Part shown: positions 1-8,563 of the stretch, in pieces
How positions within the stretch are numbered: the stretch's first letter is position 1
How the letters are laid out: every line of letters starts with the position of its first letter
DNA from: Methanocaldococcus jannaschii DSM 2661
Lineage (GTDB): Archaea; AGJL01; Methanococci; Methanococcales; Methanocaldococcaceae
NCBI RefSeq assembly: GCF_000091665.1
Contig: NC_000909.1
Coordinates: 880,712 to 912,711 of the forward strand
Reading direction: 5' to 3'
DNA: 32,000 nt
Translations under genes and position numbers: made by a program
The notes under the pieces: model-generated
Told to the model about the DNA's origin: nothing
What the model saw: only the letters and a program-made list of their open reading frames with translations
Database searches by the model: none

Positions 1-519
1 TTTAAATTCTTTTAATCGACTAATTCTTGAAATTATCTTACTCAAATATTTATTTTGAAGGTTTGGGTCTTCTTTTGTTTCCTTAGGATAGTCATCTGGT
101 AGATTCTGAATTTTCTTTAAAATATTTTTATCATCAATATTGGCAAGTTTATATAACTCCATGCACGTCTTTTTTATACTTAAGCCATTTTCAACCACAA
201 TATTTAATAACTCCTCATATGGAATTTTCTCTTCTATTATTTTCCAATAATCTTCAAATATGTTACTTTCTATAATATATTCAACCACTTCTAATATTTT
301 TATGCTTAAATCTAATTTTAAAACTTCAGATGTTAGATGACTTTCTTCCTCTTCCAATTGAGCAATAGTATCTAAATCATCTGGATTGCTCGTCCTTAAT
401 TCGTTTAATTTTACTCTTATGTTATTTAAATCTCTAAGTTTTGCCTCCCCCTTCTCAATCATTTCTCCTTTTTTGTCTTTTATTTCCACTAATGTTGGAT
501 ATTCTGTGCTATTTTTCAT
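1..519 (-). CDS. hypothetical acidic/coiled-coil protein, N-terminal 173 codons only (gene runs off window start)
   Basis: Absent from the ORF track because there is no stop in the window. My translation of the minus strand from ATG 519-517 (MKNSTEYPTLVEIKDKKGEMIEKGEAKLRDLNNIRVKLNELRTSNPDDLDTIAQLEEEESHL...SRLKEFK) stays open to base 1. AGGTGA at 530-525 lies five nt upstream of the ATG. No family recognised. Confidence 0.55.
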   Translation of the reverse strand, partial: MKNSTEYPTLVEIKDKKGEMIEKGEAKLRDLNNIRVKLNELRTSNPDDLDTIAQLEEEESHLTSEVLKLDLSIKILEVVEYIIESNIFEDYWKIIEEKIPYEELLNIVVENGLSIKKTCMELYKLANIDDKNILKKIQNLPDDYPKETKEDPNLQNKYLSKIISRISRLKEFK

Positions 520-553
520 AAAAATCACCTAATACTAATGAAAATTAACCAAT

Positions 554-925
554 TTACTTCTTTTTCTTCTTATCTTTTTTCTTAGATTTGTAATAGCCCT
601 TTAACACTGGAAGTTTTGGGAAGTCGTCCAATAACTTATAATATATGTCACCATATCTCTCACTAATCACAACAATATGAGCAGGTGGATGAATTTTTCT
701 AATTCTATCTATTGCTTTTGGTGCTTTTTCAGCAATCTTTGCTAAGCATGCAGTTTTACATGGTTTTTTAACTTCCCCCAATATATGACTTAATATTTCA
801 TCTGCAGCTTCTGGAACAATAATTTTTGGCTTTCCAATAATTGTTAGCTCTGCATGCCTATCAACATCAGCTAAGGCATTCTTTAATTTTTCATAACTAT
901 CTCCTCTGATTAGCAATATCGTCAT
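554..925 (-). CDS. small hypothetical protein with poly-lysine C-terminal tail
   Basis: 123-aa ORF with ATG start and C-terminus KSKKKDKKKKK. Same strand as, and 43 nt downstream of, the HARP-like gene. No family recognised. Confidence 0.6.
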   Translation of the reverse strand: MTILLIRGDSYEKLKNALADVDRHAELTIIGKPKIIVPEAADEILSHILGEVKKPCKTACLAKIAEKAPKAIDRIRKIHPPAHIVVISERYGDIYYKLLDDFPKLPVLKGYYKSKKKDKKKKK

Positions 926-968
926 AACTATCCCTAAACGTGTTTTTTAATATTAATTTTAAATTTTC

Positions 969-1670
969 TTAGTATTTTATCCTCAAATGTCTATCATTAT
1001 GTTTCAAATATTCCTCAAGCATAAATGGAAAATCAGAAGCATCAACAAATCTCAAGCCCAGCCTCTGAGCCCATTTTTCAATGCCTCCATCACTTGCCAC
1101 TACCGCAGCATCTAACTCCTTGGCTAACAATAACACATCTAAATCAGGGGCACTATCTAAAGTTCCCACTCTCAAAGCACTTCTATATTTATTTCTAAAG
1201 GTATTTATTGTTTTTGATAACACTTTATTTATGATTTCATTTTTACCCATTTCTGGATGTTTTTTTGATAACTCATAAACCATGTCTGTGGCTTTTATTA
1301 TATGCTCCTCTCCAATCCTCATCCCTTTGTTAATTCTTTCTCTCAAATCTTTAACATATTCATAAAAAATCTCTGAAGGGATTTTTATCTCATATCTGTT
1401 TGGGGTTTTTTTAACAAGCCATGTATCAACTTTAACTATAACATCTCTCGGACAATTCTCATTCTCCAAAAATCCCATCAATTCATTATATACAGTTGGA
1501 TATGGAATGTGACAAGATATATTTAACTTTATCCTTGCCTCAGCTATCAAATCCATAACCTTATCTGTTAGTTCAGTAACTGTTTTAACCCCTAACGCTT
1601 TCCTAACTGACGGTTCAGTAAAAGCACTTGTGTCTAAGCAGAATCTCTGTTTTTGCATACCTCTCCCCAA
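969..1670 (-). CDS. HARP-family PIN-like protein (homolog of Aquifex RNA-free RNase P; former UPF0278)
   Basis: N-terminal LDTSAFTEP (PIN acidic motif), central INKGMRIGEEH, and C-terminal FRNKYRSALRVGTLDSAPDLDVLLLAKELDAAVVASDGGIEKWAQRLGL parallel the Aq_880-type sequence as I remember it. The likely true start is ATG 1658, preceded by GGGGAGAGGT; the track start at 1670 is TTG. Confidence 0.75.
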   Translation of the reverse strand: MGRGMQKQRFCLDTSAFTEPSVRKALGVKTVTELTDKVMDLIAEARIKLNISCHIPYPTVYNELMGFLENENCPRDVIVKVDTWLVKKTPNRYEIKIPSEIFYEYVKDLRERINKGMRIGEEHIIKATDMVYELSKKHPEMGKNEIINKVLSKTINTFRNKYRSALRVGTLDSAPDLDVLLLAKELDAAVVASDGGIEKWAQRLGLRFVDASDFPFMLEEYLKHNDRHLRIKY

Positions 1671-1854
1671 AATTTAGTTTCTATTGAAATTTATATCTAA
1701 AAAGTTTCGCTTTCTATTAAATGAAAATTATAGGATTTCATATTCAAAGCATTAAGATTTATAAGCAACTATATATCGTTATTTACCTATTTATATACTA
1801 AGAGACATTAAGGGACTGAAAGTCCATTTAATGCATCGTTTTGATGAAACTTTC

Positions 1855-2922
1855 TTAAAGTTTCACTGCAAGTATTTTTATCTTTGCAGGATAGTTATTT
1901 ATATATTTTGATAAAGTTTCATTTGGAATCCTTGCCTCTAATTTAGATAAAATCCTCTCCCTAAAATGCCTTGAAAATCCATAAGGTAGAGAGTTTTTTA
2001 TCTCCTCTATATTGTTAAATGGTCTTTTCTTCTCTAAAATTTCAGCAACATTACTTGGCAAATATTCATATAAATCATACTCATTCGCTGTTTCTAAAAT
2101 TCTATCTTCAAATCTTTTCAATATCAATTCATTGAGCTTTCCATTATCATAGAGTTCTTTTAAAATACTTAATGTTGTTTTTGGAAGCATATTTTTAATA
2201 TCTTCAAACTTTCCACTGAATATTGCTTCTCTAATCTTAGTTCCACTAATTCCCTCTAACCTCTTTACAAAAACAAATTTCGGGTTAAATTTTAAGCCCT
2301 CTCTATTCAGTTTATAAATCATCTGAGACATTGAAGCAATGACATAGTTGTCTATATTTAACTTCTCTCCTAAAATCTCCCCTGTCTCTATACAGATAAT
2401 TTTATAGGGCTTAACTTGAATATGATAGCCCTTATTTATGCAATCTATAACCTTTTCCATGGTTTTTTCTGGAATATAGCCCCTTGGGATTATCTCAGCT
2501 CCTAAGCTATAAAACATCTTTATTAGGCATCTCATATACTGCCCAGAGCCCATAATTCCCATAGGTGGGCCTTCAACGACAATATCAGCCCCAGCTCTTA
2601 TTGCCATCTCTGCCCTTATGTATCTGTTTAAAAAATAAGGAATTCCCCTTCCACTCCTTTCTAAAGGGCCGGGCAATACACTGATAAAAATTCCATGCTC
2701 TTTTCCTTTTTCTAATGCATATTTATGCCCTTTATGCAATGGGTTGTATTCAGTAAAATCGCAGACGATTTTATCTTTATTTTCTCTTTCTTTTATTTCT
2801 TCAACTATTTTCTTAAAATCTTTGAAGGATTTTTCATCTTTCCTTTTAGCATCTCTAATTATTTCCTCTCTATCTTCCAAAAAATTTTTTAAATTTAAAT
2901 CCATAATTTCACCAATGAGCAT
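1855..2922 (-). CDS. HIGH-motif nucleotidyltransferase, UPF0348/TmcAL-like (tRNA cytidine acetate ligase family)
   Basis: EYNPLHKGH (HxGH signature) followed by [12 protein letters not shown]...[13 protein letters not shown], as in YlbM/TmcAL-type proteins. Probable start is ATG 2904 after a GGTGA motif. Confidence 0.7.
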   Translation of the reverse strand: MLIGEIMDLNLKNFLEDREEIIRDAKRKDEKSFKDFKKIVEEIKERENKDKIVCDFTEYNPLHKGHKYALEKGKEHGIFISVLPGPLERSGRGIPYFLNRYIRAEMAIRAGADIVVEGPPMGIMGSGQYMRCLIKMFYSLGAEIIPRGYIPEKTMEKVIDCINKGYHIQVKPYKIICIETGEILGEKLNIDNYVIASMSQMIYKLNREGLKFNPKFVFVKRLEGISGTKIREAIFSGKFEDIKNMLPKTTLSILKELYDNGKLNELILKRFEDRILETANEYDLYEYLPSNVAEILEKKRPFNNIEEIKNSLPYGFSRHFRERILSKLEARIPNETLSKYINNYPAKIKILAVKL

Positions 2923-2926
2923 AAAC

Positions 2927-2934
2927 TTTATATA
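2927..2934 (+). promoter_or_regulatory. TATA-box-like TTTATATA upstream of tRNA-Val
   Basis: Consensus-like archaeal TATA element centred about 40 nt upstream of the mature tRNA 5' end. This is compatible with a short leader removed by RNase P. Confidence 0.4.
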
Positions 2935-2969
2935 TGATGAGTTAAATTTTTATTGATGCTAAAGGTTGA

Positions 2970-3043
2970 GGGCCCATGGTCTAGCTGGCTATGACGTCGC
3001 CCTTACAAGGCGAAGGTCGCCGGTTCGAATCCGGCTGGGCCCA
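2970..3043 (+). tRNA. tRNA-Val (anticodon UAC), no encoded CCA
   Basis: Hand-folded cloverleaf: acceptor GGGCCCA/TGGGCCC, D stem GTCT/GACG, anticodon stem TCGCC/GGCGA with loop CTTACAA (anticodon TAC), T arm GCCGG-TTCGAAT-CCGGC, discriminator A. GC-rich island in AT-rich DNA. Confidence 0.93.
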
Positions 3044-3046
3044 CTA

Positions 3047-3056
3047 TTTTTATTTT
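3047..3056 (+). terminator. oligo-T tract after tRNA-Val
   Basis: TTTTTATTTT begins 4 nt after the tRNA 3' end. Archaeal RNA polymerase terminates at oligo-T runs. Confidence 0.4.
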
Positions 3057-3166
3057 AGACATAAACATTTGTTAGTTTAAATATAGGAATTACTGTTTTA
3101 GTTTAATCAAGCATTCTGAGTACAAAAAATAAGATAAAAAAGGATAAAAATTTTAATTTTACATTT

Positions 3167-3595
3167 TTATTGTTTCTTATCTTGAGCTTGTTGAGCTTTT
3201 TGTATCTCTGTTTGTAATTCTTTTCTTAATGCAGTTATTGCTTTAGCTAATTCCTCAGCTTTCTTCATGCCTTCTTTTTCAGCTTTATCTAAATCTTCAA
3301 CTGACTTTTTTAAATCCTCAATAACTTCATTAAATGATTTTTCAACATAAATATCTGACTTTACTCCAATTAATGCCTTATCATCAACAATTTTTGCCTT
3401 TAAAAACACTCCAGGACCTACTGGGATTAATGTCTCTTCATCTGCCTTTATATTTTCAATTGTTTTAATTGAATTCATTATTTCAGATTTTAACGCTCTT
3501 ATTGAAGTAATTTCACTTTGAATCATTTGTAATTGTTGGTTGTATATTTCTAAGGCCATTGCTTTCTGTCTTAAATCTTCAGCCATATTTTCCAC
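3167..3595 (-). CDS. pfdA: prefoldin alpha subunit
   Basis: 142 aa with N- and C-terminal coiled coils flanking the central LIPVGPGVFLKAKIVDDKALIGVKSDIYVEK beta-hairpin region typical of the alpha class. GGGGTGGA motif upstream of the ATG. Confidence 0.85.
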   Translation of the reverse strand: MENMAEDLRQKAMALEIYNQQLQMIQSEITSIRALKSEIMNSIKTIENIKADEETLIPVGPGVFLKAKIVDDKALIGVKSDIYVEKSFNEVIEDLKKSVEDLDKAEKEGMKKAEELAKAITALRKELQTEIQKAQQAQDKKQ

Positions 3596-3613
3596 CCCAT
3601 AAGCATTATGTAG

Positions 3614-3704
3614 ATAGGACTTTCGCAGCTTATCTTCTTACTGGAATTTAGACACTCAAAAGTGTCAATATGCAATAAAACATTTATTCCTGCGAAAGTC
3701 CTAT
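3614..3704. repeat. 91-bp element closed by a perfect 15-bp inverted repeat, with an internal 6-bp hairpin
   Basis: ATAGGACTTTCGCAG (3614-3628) is the exact reverse complement of CTGCGAAAGTCCTAT (3690-3704). Inner hairpin GACACT-CAAA-AGTGTC at 3651-3666. Lies between divergent pfdA and the 3776 ORF. Confidence 0.8.
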
Positions 3705-3775
3705 AGTAAGAGATATATATTTTAATGCCTTAATAAAACTTATTGTAAGCATGGTTTTTATAAGGGGGGAGGTTT

Positions 3776-4078
3776 ATGAGATTATTAGGAGTTATTGGTT
3801 ATTTGGCTGTTTTAATTAAAGCAATATGCGAATCTTGGGTTGATGTAGTTAAAAGAAGCATAAATGGGGAAATACACCCTCAAGTTATAGAGATAGAATC
3901 AATTATTAATAATCCTACTGGCTTAGTTTTGCTGTCATGGTCTATAACCGCCACGCCAGGAACTTTAGTTATTGATTTAATTCCAGAAGAGAGGAAATTA
4001 AAAGTAGCAGTTATAAGTCCAAGAAGTAGGGAAGATATTGTTCCATTTGAGCCATATATTAAGAAAATTTTTGATTAA
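3776..4078 (+). CDS. small MnhE/MrpE-like protein (cation:proton antiporter subunit E family), solitary
   Basis: [13 protein letters not shown]...KLKVAVI resembles the ITLTPGTLSVDV...LYVH core of MnhE. One N-terminal hydrophobic segment. Strong GGGGGGAGGT motif before the ATG. No other mrp subunits in the window. Confidence 0.6.
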
Positions 4079-4086
4079 ATTGATTT

Positions 4087-5409
4087 TTATTTAATAATTT
4101 TTATCTCTCCTTTGTCCCACTCTACCATCAATGTATCTTCATCATTATATTTTGTTAAAAATACTAATATCGCCGCTTTTGTTCCCCATCTATCAGAACC
4201 GGCTAATATATAGATGTTGTTATCATTATATGGGTTTTTTATTTTTAGTATGATTCCTCTATTGTTTCCCGGATAATTGGTAGAGATATTTACTTTCAAT
4301 AAACCTTTATCTTCAAGTTCTTTAACGATTTTATTAACTTTTGGACCTCCAATTAGAATTATGTCCTTATTAACATTTAAAGGATTAGAACTATATACAT
4401 CTACCGAACCAAGATAAATCTTTTCATGATTTTTGAGTTCTTTTCCTTTATAGAATACATGAACGGTATTATTTACCTTTACAGCATAAATTCCATCCCC
4501 TATATATGCAACATCTTTAACATCTACGGTTTTTTCTTTCCTTTTTATAACTTTAAAGAGAACATAATCTTTGTAACACTTTTCAGGTATTATGGTGTAA
4601 TTAAACAAGTATATTTCATTTCCTAAACTATCTATATTTTTATACTCAAGTTTTATTTTATCAGTGCTTATTTCTTTAACTTTAAACTCTTTATCTAATG
4701 GGTAATCTTCCCCTTCTTCAATTTTTATTGTAGAATATACTCTAAAAGTAAATCTATAACCTTTGCCAATCCTTGTGCAATTTTCATACATTAACCCTAA
4801 GGTTCCTCCTTTCATATAATAAATCTTTCCCTTAGTTAATTTAGGAGAATCCAAAACTTTCTCATTTTTGTATATATCAACAATTATAGTATTTAAATCA
4901 GAGGAAACCAACTTTACAACAACTTTATATCCATCGTATTCAAATGATTCATTTGTCAATACTTCCTTTCCATCTTTTTCTTTTAATATTACATAATTTG
5001 AAGTAATATCTTCAACTATGTAGCTTTTATTGAATAAGCTTATTTCTTCTCCCTTTTTAAGGTTTAAATATTCAATACACTCAATATCTTTATATTTCAC
5101 TTTGTTTCCGTCTCTATCAAATTTTATAATAAGATTTTTATCTCCATTTTTAATTTCAAGTTCATCTATAGATGGAATATACATAATATCGTTAATAACA
5201 ATTGTTACATTATCTCCATTGATATTTATCTCTCTTGATGAGTAAAAATTGTCCATCAAAATTTTTGCATTTTGATAATCTACCGTGGATTTATTTACAT
5301 AGATTATTGGCTCTATAGGTAGAGCATAGCTAACACTTATAACCAATAAGAGTATAAGTAAAAGTGTCCTCTTCACAATTAACCCCTCCATCATTTGTAA
5401 TCTTAACAA
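4087..5409 (-). CDS. secreted S-layer-domain-like protein
   Basis: Signal peptide (V)KRTLLLILLLVISVSYA. C-terminal IILIGGPKVNKIVKELEDKG...ILAGSDRWGTKAA resembles the conserved C-terminal module of Methanococcales S-layer proteins. Beta-rich with several N-x-S/T sequons. Probable start is GTG 5376 after GGAGGGG (alternative ATG 5394). Confidence 0.6.
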   Translation of the reverse strand: MLRLQMMEGLIVKRTLLLILLLVISVSYALPIEPIIYVNKSTVDYQNAKILMDNFYSSREININGDNVTIVINDIMYIPSIDELEIKNGDKNLIIKFDRDGNKVKYKDIECIEYLNLKKGEEISLFNKSYIVEDITSNYVILKEKDGKEVLTNESFEYDGYKVVVKLVSSDLNTIIVDIYKNEKVLDSPKLTKGKIYYMKGGTLGLMYENCTRIGKGYRFTFRVYSTIKIEEGEDYPLDKEFKVKEISTDKIKLEYKNIDSLGNEIYLFNYTIIPEKCYKDYVLFKVIKRKEKTVDVKDVAYIGDGIYAVKVNNTVHVFYKGKELKNHEKIYLGSVDVYSSNPLNVNKDIILIGGPKVNKIVKELEDKGLLKVNISTNYPGNNRGIILKIKNPYNDNNIYILAGSDRWGTKAAILVFLTKYNDEDTLMVEWDKGEIKIIK

Positions 5410-5457
5410 TAATAAAAAATCCAGAAATCTTATTTAAAATATTTTTGGTTAAAAATT

Positions 5458-6579
5458 TTGGGTGATTGGATGATAGAAAATAAAGTAAGAGACGTTGTTA
5501 AAAAATTAAAGCCCTATGTTCCAGGAAAATCAAAAGAAGAGATAGCAAGGGCTTACGGAATAAAACCAGAGGACATTATAAAACTTGGTTCTAATGAAAA
5601 TCCTTGGGGACCATCTCCAAAAATAAAAGAAAAAATTTTAGATGAAATTGACAAAATTCACCAATATCCAGAGCCAGTAAATCCAATTTTAATGAAAGAG
5701 TTAAGCAAATTTTTGAATGTTGATGAGGAAAACATAATTGTTGGAGGAGATGGAGCTGATGAGATTATAGACACAATATTTAGAACGTTTGTTGATGATG
5801 GAGATGAGGTTATAATTCCAATTCCAACATTTACCCAATATAGAGTTTCAGCAACAATCCACAATGCTAAAATAAAATATGCTAAATATGATAAGGAGAA
5901 AGACTTTAAATTGAATGTTGAAAGTGTCTTAAATAATATAACAGATAAAACGAAGGTTATTTTCCTCTGCACTCCAAATAATCCAACAGGAAATATAATA
6001 GAAAATAGAGATGTAGAGAGGGTTATCAATGAAACAGACGCTTTAGTTGTTATTGACCATGCATACATTGAGTATGCTAAAAAAGAATATGATTGGACTC
6101 AAAAAGCCCCTGAATATGATAATGTTATTGTTTTAAGAACCTTTTCAAAGGTCTTTGGTTTAGCAGGAATGAGGGTTGGTTATGGTGTTGCAAATAAAAA
6201 AATCATAGATTATATGATGAGAGTTAAGCCAATATTTAGCTTAACAAGGTTAAGTCAAGTTTGTGCCATAACTGCATTAAGAGATAGAGAATTCTTTGAA
6301 AGATGTGTTAGAGATGGAATTAAAAGTAGAGAGATGCTCTACAATGGATTGAAGAAGTTTAAGGATATTAAAGTTTATCCTTCAGAAGCTAATTATCTAT
6401 TGGTTGAATTAAAAACAATGAAAGCAAAAGAATTTTGTGAGGAACTATTAAAAAGAGGTGTTATTGTTAGAGATTGCACATCCTTTGATGGTTTAGGGGA
6501 TAATTATGTTAGAGTATCAATAGGGACGTTTGAAGAGGTTGAAAGGTTTTTAAAGATTTTGGAGGAGATTATAAGCTAA
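5458..6579 (+). CDS. hisC: histidinol-phosphate aminotransferase
   Basis: [20 protein letters not shown] and the PLP-lysine motif [16 protein letters not shown] are class II aminotransferase/HisC signatures. The ATG at 5470 after GGTGAT is the likelier start. Confidence 0.9.
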   Translation: MGDWMIENKVRDVVKKLKPYVPGKSKEEIARAYGIKPEDIIKLGSNENPWGPSPKIKEKILDEIDKIHQYPEPVNPILMKELSKFLNVDEENIIVGGDGADEIIDTIFRTFVDDGDEVIIPIPTFTQYRVSATIHNAKIKYAKYDKEKDFKLNVESVLNNITDKTKVIFLCTPNNPTGNIIENRDVERVINETDALVVIDHAYIEYAKKEYDWTQKAPEYDNVIVLRTFSKVFGLAGMRVGYGVANKKIIDYMMRVKPIFSLTRLSQVCAITALRDREFFERCVRDGIKSREMLYNGLKKFKDIKVYPSEANYLLVELKTMKAKEFCEELLKRGVIVRDCTSFDGLGDNYVRVSIGTFEEVERFLKILEEIIS

Positions 6580-6724
6580 ATCTTTTTAATTTTTGTTTTA
6601 TTATTTTATTTTTATTAATTTATCCATTTAAATTAAAGAATAATAAAAACTTTTATATGTAAGTCTTTTGATAATTAAAATTTACTTAAAAAATAATATA
6701 GATTTTTTTATATAGTGGGTTTTT

Positions 6725-7507
6725 ATGCATGAGGATGTTTGGAGTTTAATTAAAGAAACAAATCATAAAACTATTCTATACTCTCATGGAATGAAAAACA
6801 GGGTTTTGTTAGGATATTTATTAAAGCTTAGGGGGAAATATAACTTTGACTTTGAGGCAGTAACGTTTATTTCAGATAGAAGTCCAAAATGGGTAAGAGA
6901 AGAGATAAAGTGGATTATGAAAGCAAATGATGTTAAACATAGATTTATTGAGTGTGGAAAATGCAAGATAAGCTTAGAAAATAATGGACATGATTATCAC
7001 GGAAGTTGTGTAGTTTGGGAGGGTATTAAAAATTTTGAGGGAGGAGTTGTAGCATCATCAATAGGAGAGCATATTAAAGATAAAGAACGATTTTTAACGT
7101 GGTGTAACGATTATAACTTATTTCCTCCTTTTATTCACTTAAATGTCTCAAGAGAAAGGCTTGTTAAAGAATTTGAAAGCTTAGATAAAAATCTAATTTC
7201 AAGTTGCTATCATGCATGTGTATTCTGCCCTATATTGTATAAACTTGGAAAAAGTTTGATAAAATCAGAGATTTTCTATAAGAAAAAGATTTTAACCGAT
7301 AATGAAAGGAAAGAACATGCTTTAAATGAATTTTATGATGCTATGAAGGAGCAAGATATTGGTAGGATGATTAATTCGGTTAAAATTTACTATAATAAGT
7401 ATATAAGAGAGTTAGATGAGCCGTATGCCGATTATATAAAGAGTAGAGATGTTGAGATGTTTGATAAATTGGTTAATAAGTGTAAAGAGTATTTAGGGGT
7501 GAAATAA
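6725..7507 (+). CDS. uncharacterised Cys-rich protein, degenerate PP-loop (PAPS-reductase-like) paralogue
   Basis: TILYSHGMKNRVLLGYLL...EAVTFISDRSPKWVREEIKWIMKAND aligns by eye with INTSFSGGKDSSVSTLL...EVIFIDTGLEFKDTIDFVKKFAKKYD of the 25781-27016 protein, but SGGKDS is replaced by SHGMKN. The C-terminal CYHACVFCP resembles GCYMCP. Its stop overlaps the next start (TAATG). Confidence 0.55.
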   Translation: MHEDVWSLIKETNHKTILYSHGMKNRVLLGYLLKLRGKYNFDFEAVTFISDRSPKWVREEIKWIMKANDVKHRFIECGKCKISLENNGHDYHGSCVVWEGIKNFEGGVVASSIGEHIKDKERFLTWCNDYNLFPPFIHLNVSRERLVKEFESLDKNLISSCYHACVFCPILYKLGKSLIKSEIFYKKKILTDNERKEHALNEFYDAMKEQDIGRMINSVKIYYNKYIRELDEPYADYIKSRDVEMFDKLVNKCKEYLGVK

Positions 7508-8559
7508 TGGGGGACGATATTTATATACCTCCAAAACCCAAACCCAAGCCAAAACCAAAACCTGAGTATAAATACGCTTTATGGTATTTTAAATACACCA
7601 ATACTTATGAGAAAAGATTTAATGGAACAGTAGGTGATTTATTAAATAGAGGGTTTAACTACGCAATTGCTTTGGAAAAGGATGAAGGTAGTGGAACTCC
7701 GGAAAGTGGAAATTTAAGAGAAGATGGTGAAAAAGATGGAAAAGAATTTGGAGAGTTTATAAATTCAGAACTCTCTGGAATTAAGTATATTGCTCAAATT
7801 CCTTATTATAAACGTGGAATGTTAGAAAAATTAAAAAATGCTTCCAAAGACAAAAAACAGATGGAATATTATATAAACCATATTTATCTGGTAAAAAGAA
7901 CATTAGAATACTGGAAGGGTTGGATTGATGGAGTTATTGAAAGTTGTGATAGCAATTTAGTAGGATTTTATTGGAATTTTGAATCTCCTGGGCAAGTAAG
8001 TTGGGGATTTATTACTGATTGGGAAATAGCACAATTATCAACATATATCAAACAAAAATCTAATGAATTGAACAGAAAATTAGAGTTTATATGGATTCCC
8101 TATATTAACGATATAGAGAATCCAGATAATAATGATATAAAACGATTATCAAAGTATTTTGACTATGTATTTGTTCAACCACACTATTATATTGCATGGA
8201 AATACTGGTGTCTCTGGAACTATGAAAAAAATGTGAGTGAAGATATAAGAGAATATTGGAAATACCAAATTAACAGATATAATGGATATTTAACTCAGGG
8301 AATAACAAAACTTATAGAGGTTCTTAATTGGATAAAAGAAATTCCTAATGGATATATAGAAATGGAAGTAGATAATAAAATTGATGAATATAAATATCAT
8401 GATTTGATAAACAAAGCATGTGATTATATTAAAGCCCGAGAGTTCTTAACTGGTAGAGATATTTGGCAAATAAGAGCATACTACTTTGACACAAATATTG
8501 AGAATGTAGATAAGGTGAGAAATGGAGCTTACGGTATAAAAGGATGTAAAAACTGGTGA
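7507..8559 (+). CDS. uncharacterised Trp/Tyr-rich protein with N-terminal (PK)5 linker; possibly carbohydrate-active TIM-barrel-like
   Basis: 350 aa with PPKPKPKPKPKP at residues 8-19 and 14 Trp by my count (e.g. GFYWNFESPG, IAWKYWCLWNY). Only a weak recollection of DUF4855-like GFYW..E patterns. Translationally coupled on both sides. Confidence 0.5.
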   Translation: MGDDIYIPPKPKPKPKPKPEYKYALWYFKYTNTYEKRFNGTVGDLLNRGFNYAIALEKDEGSGTPESGNLREDGEKDGKEFGEFINSELSGIKYIAQIPYYKRGMLEKLKNASKDKKQMEYYINHIYLVKRTLEYWKGWIDGVIESCDSNLVGFYWNFESPGQVSWGFITDWEIAQLSTYIKQKSNELNRKLEFIWIPYINDIENPDNNDIKRLSKYFDYVFVQPHYYIAWKYWCLWNYEKNVSEDIREYWKYQINRYNGYLTQGITKLIEVLNWIKEIPNGYIEMEVDNKIDEYKYHDLINKACDYIKAREFLTGRDIWQIRAYYFDTNIENVDKVRNGAYGIKGCKNW

Positions 8560-8563
8560 GATT

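Noticed and set aside
1813-1825. Hairpin GGACT-GAA-AGTCC just downstream of the 1855-2922 gene, sharing GAAAGTCC with the 3690-3704 repeat arm and AATGGACT (on the reverse strand) with the second CRISPR repeat
   Set aside because: The stem is only 5 bp and the shared words only 8 nt, within chance expectation for a 32-kb window. It is possibly a minor 3'-end structure, but it is not supportable as a feature.
2934-2958. C-box-like AUGAUGA (2934-2940) and UGAUGC (2953-2958) upstream of tRNA-Val, a possible C/D box sRNA
   Set aside because: No CUGA D box follows at an appropriate distance before the tRNA, and there is no terminal stem. More simply this is part of the AT-rich promoter and leader.
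5658-6068. 136-aa ORF antisense to hisC
   Set aside because: Fully nested antisense to a gene with clear HisC motifs. The sequence has a hydrophobic, low-complexity shadow-ORF character.
7528-7563. Hexanucleotide-like tandem DNA repeat (CCNAAR)n
   Set aside because: It is in frame inside the 7507-8559 ORF and encodes PPKPKPKPKPKP. It is therefore a coding low-complexity linker, not a microsatellite or regulatory repeat.
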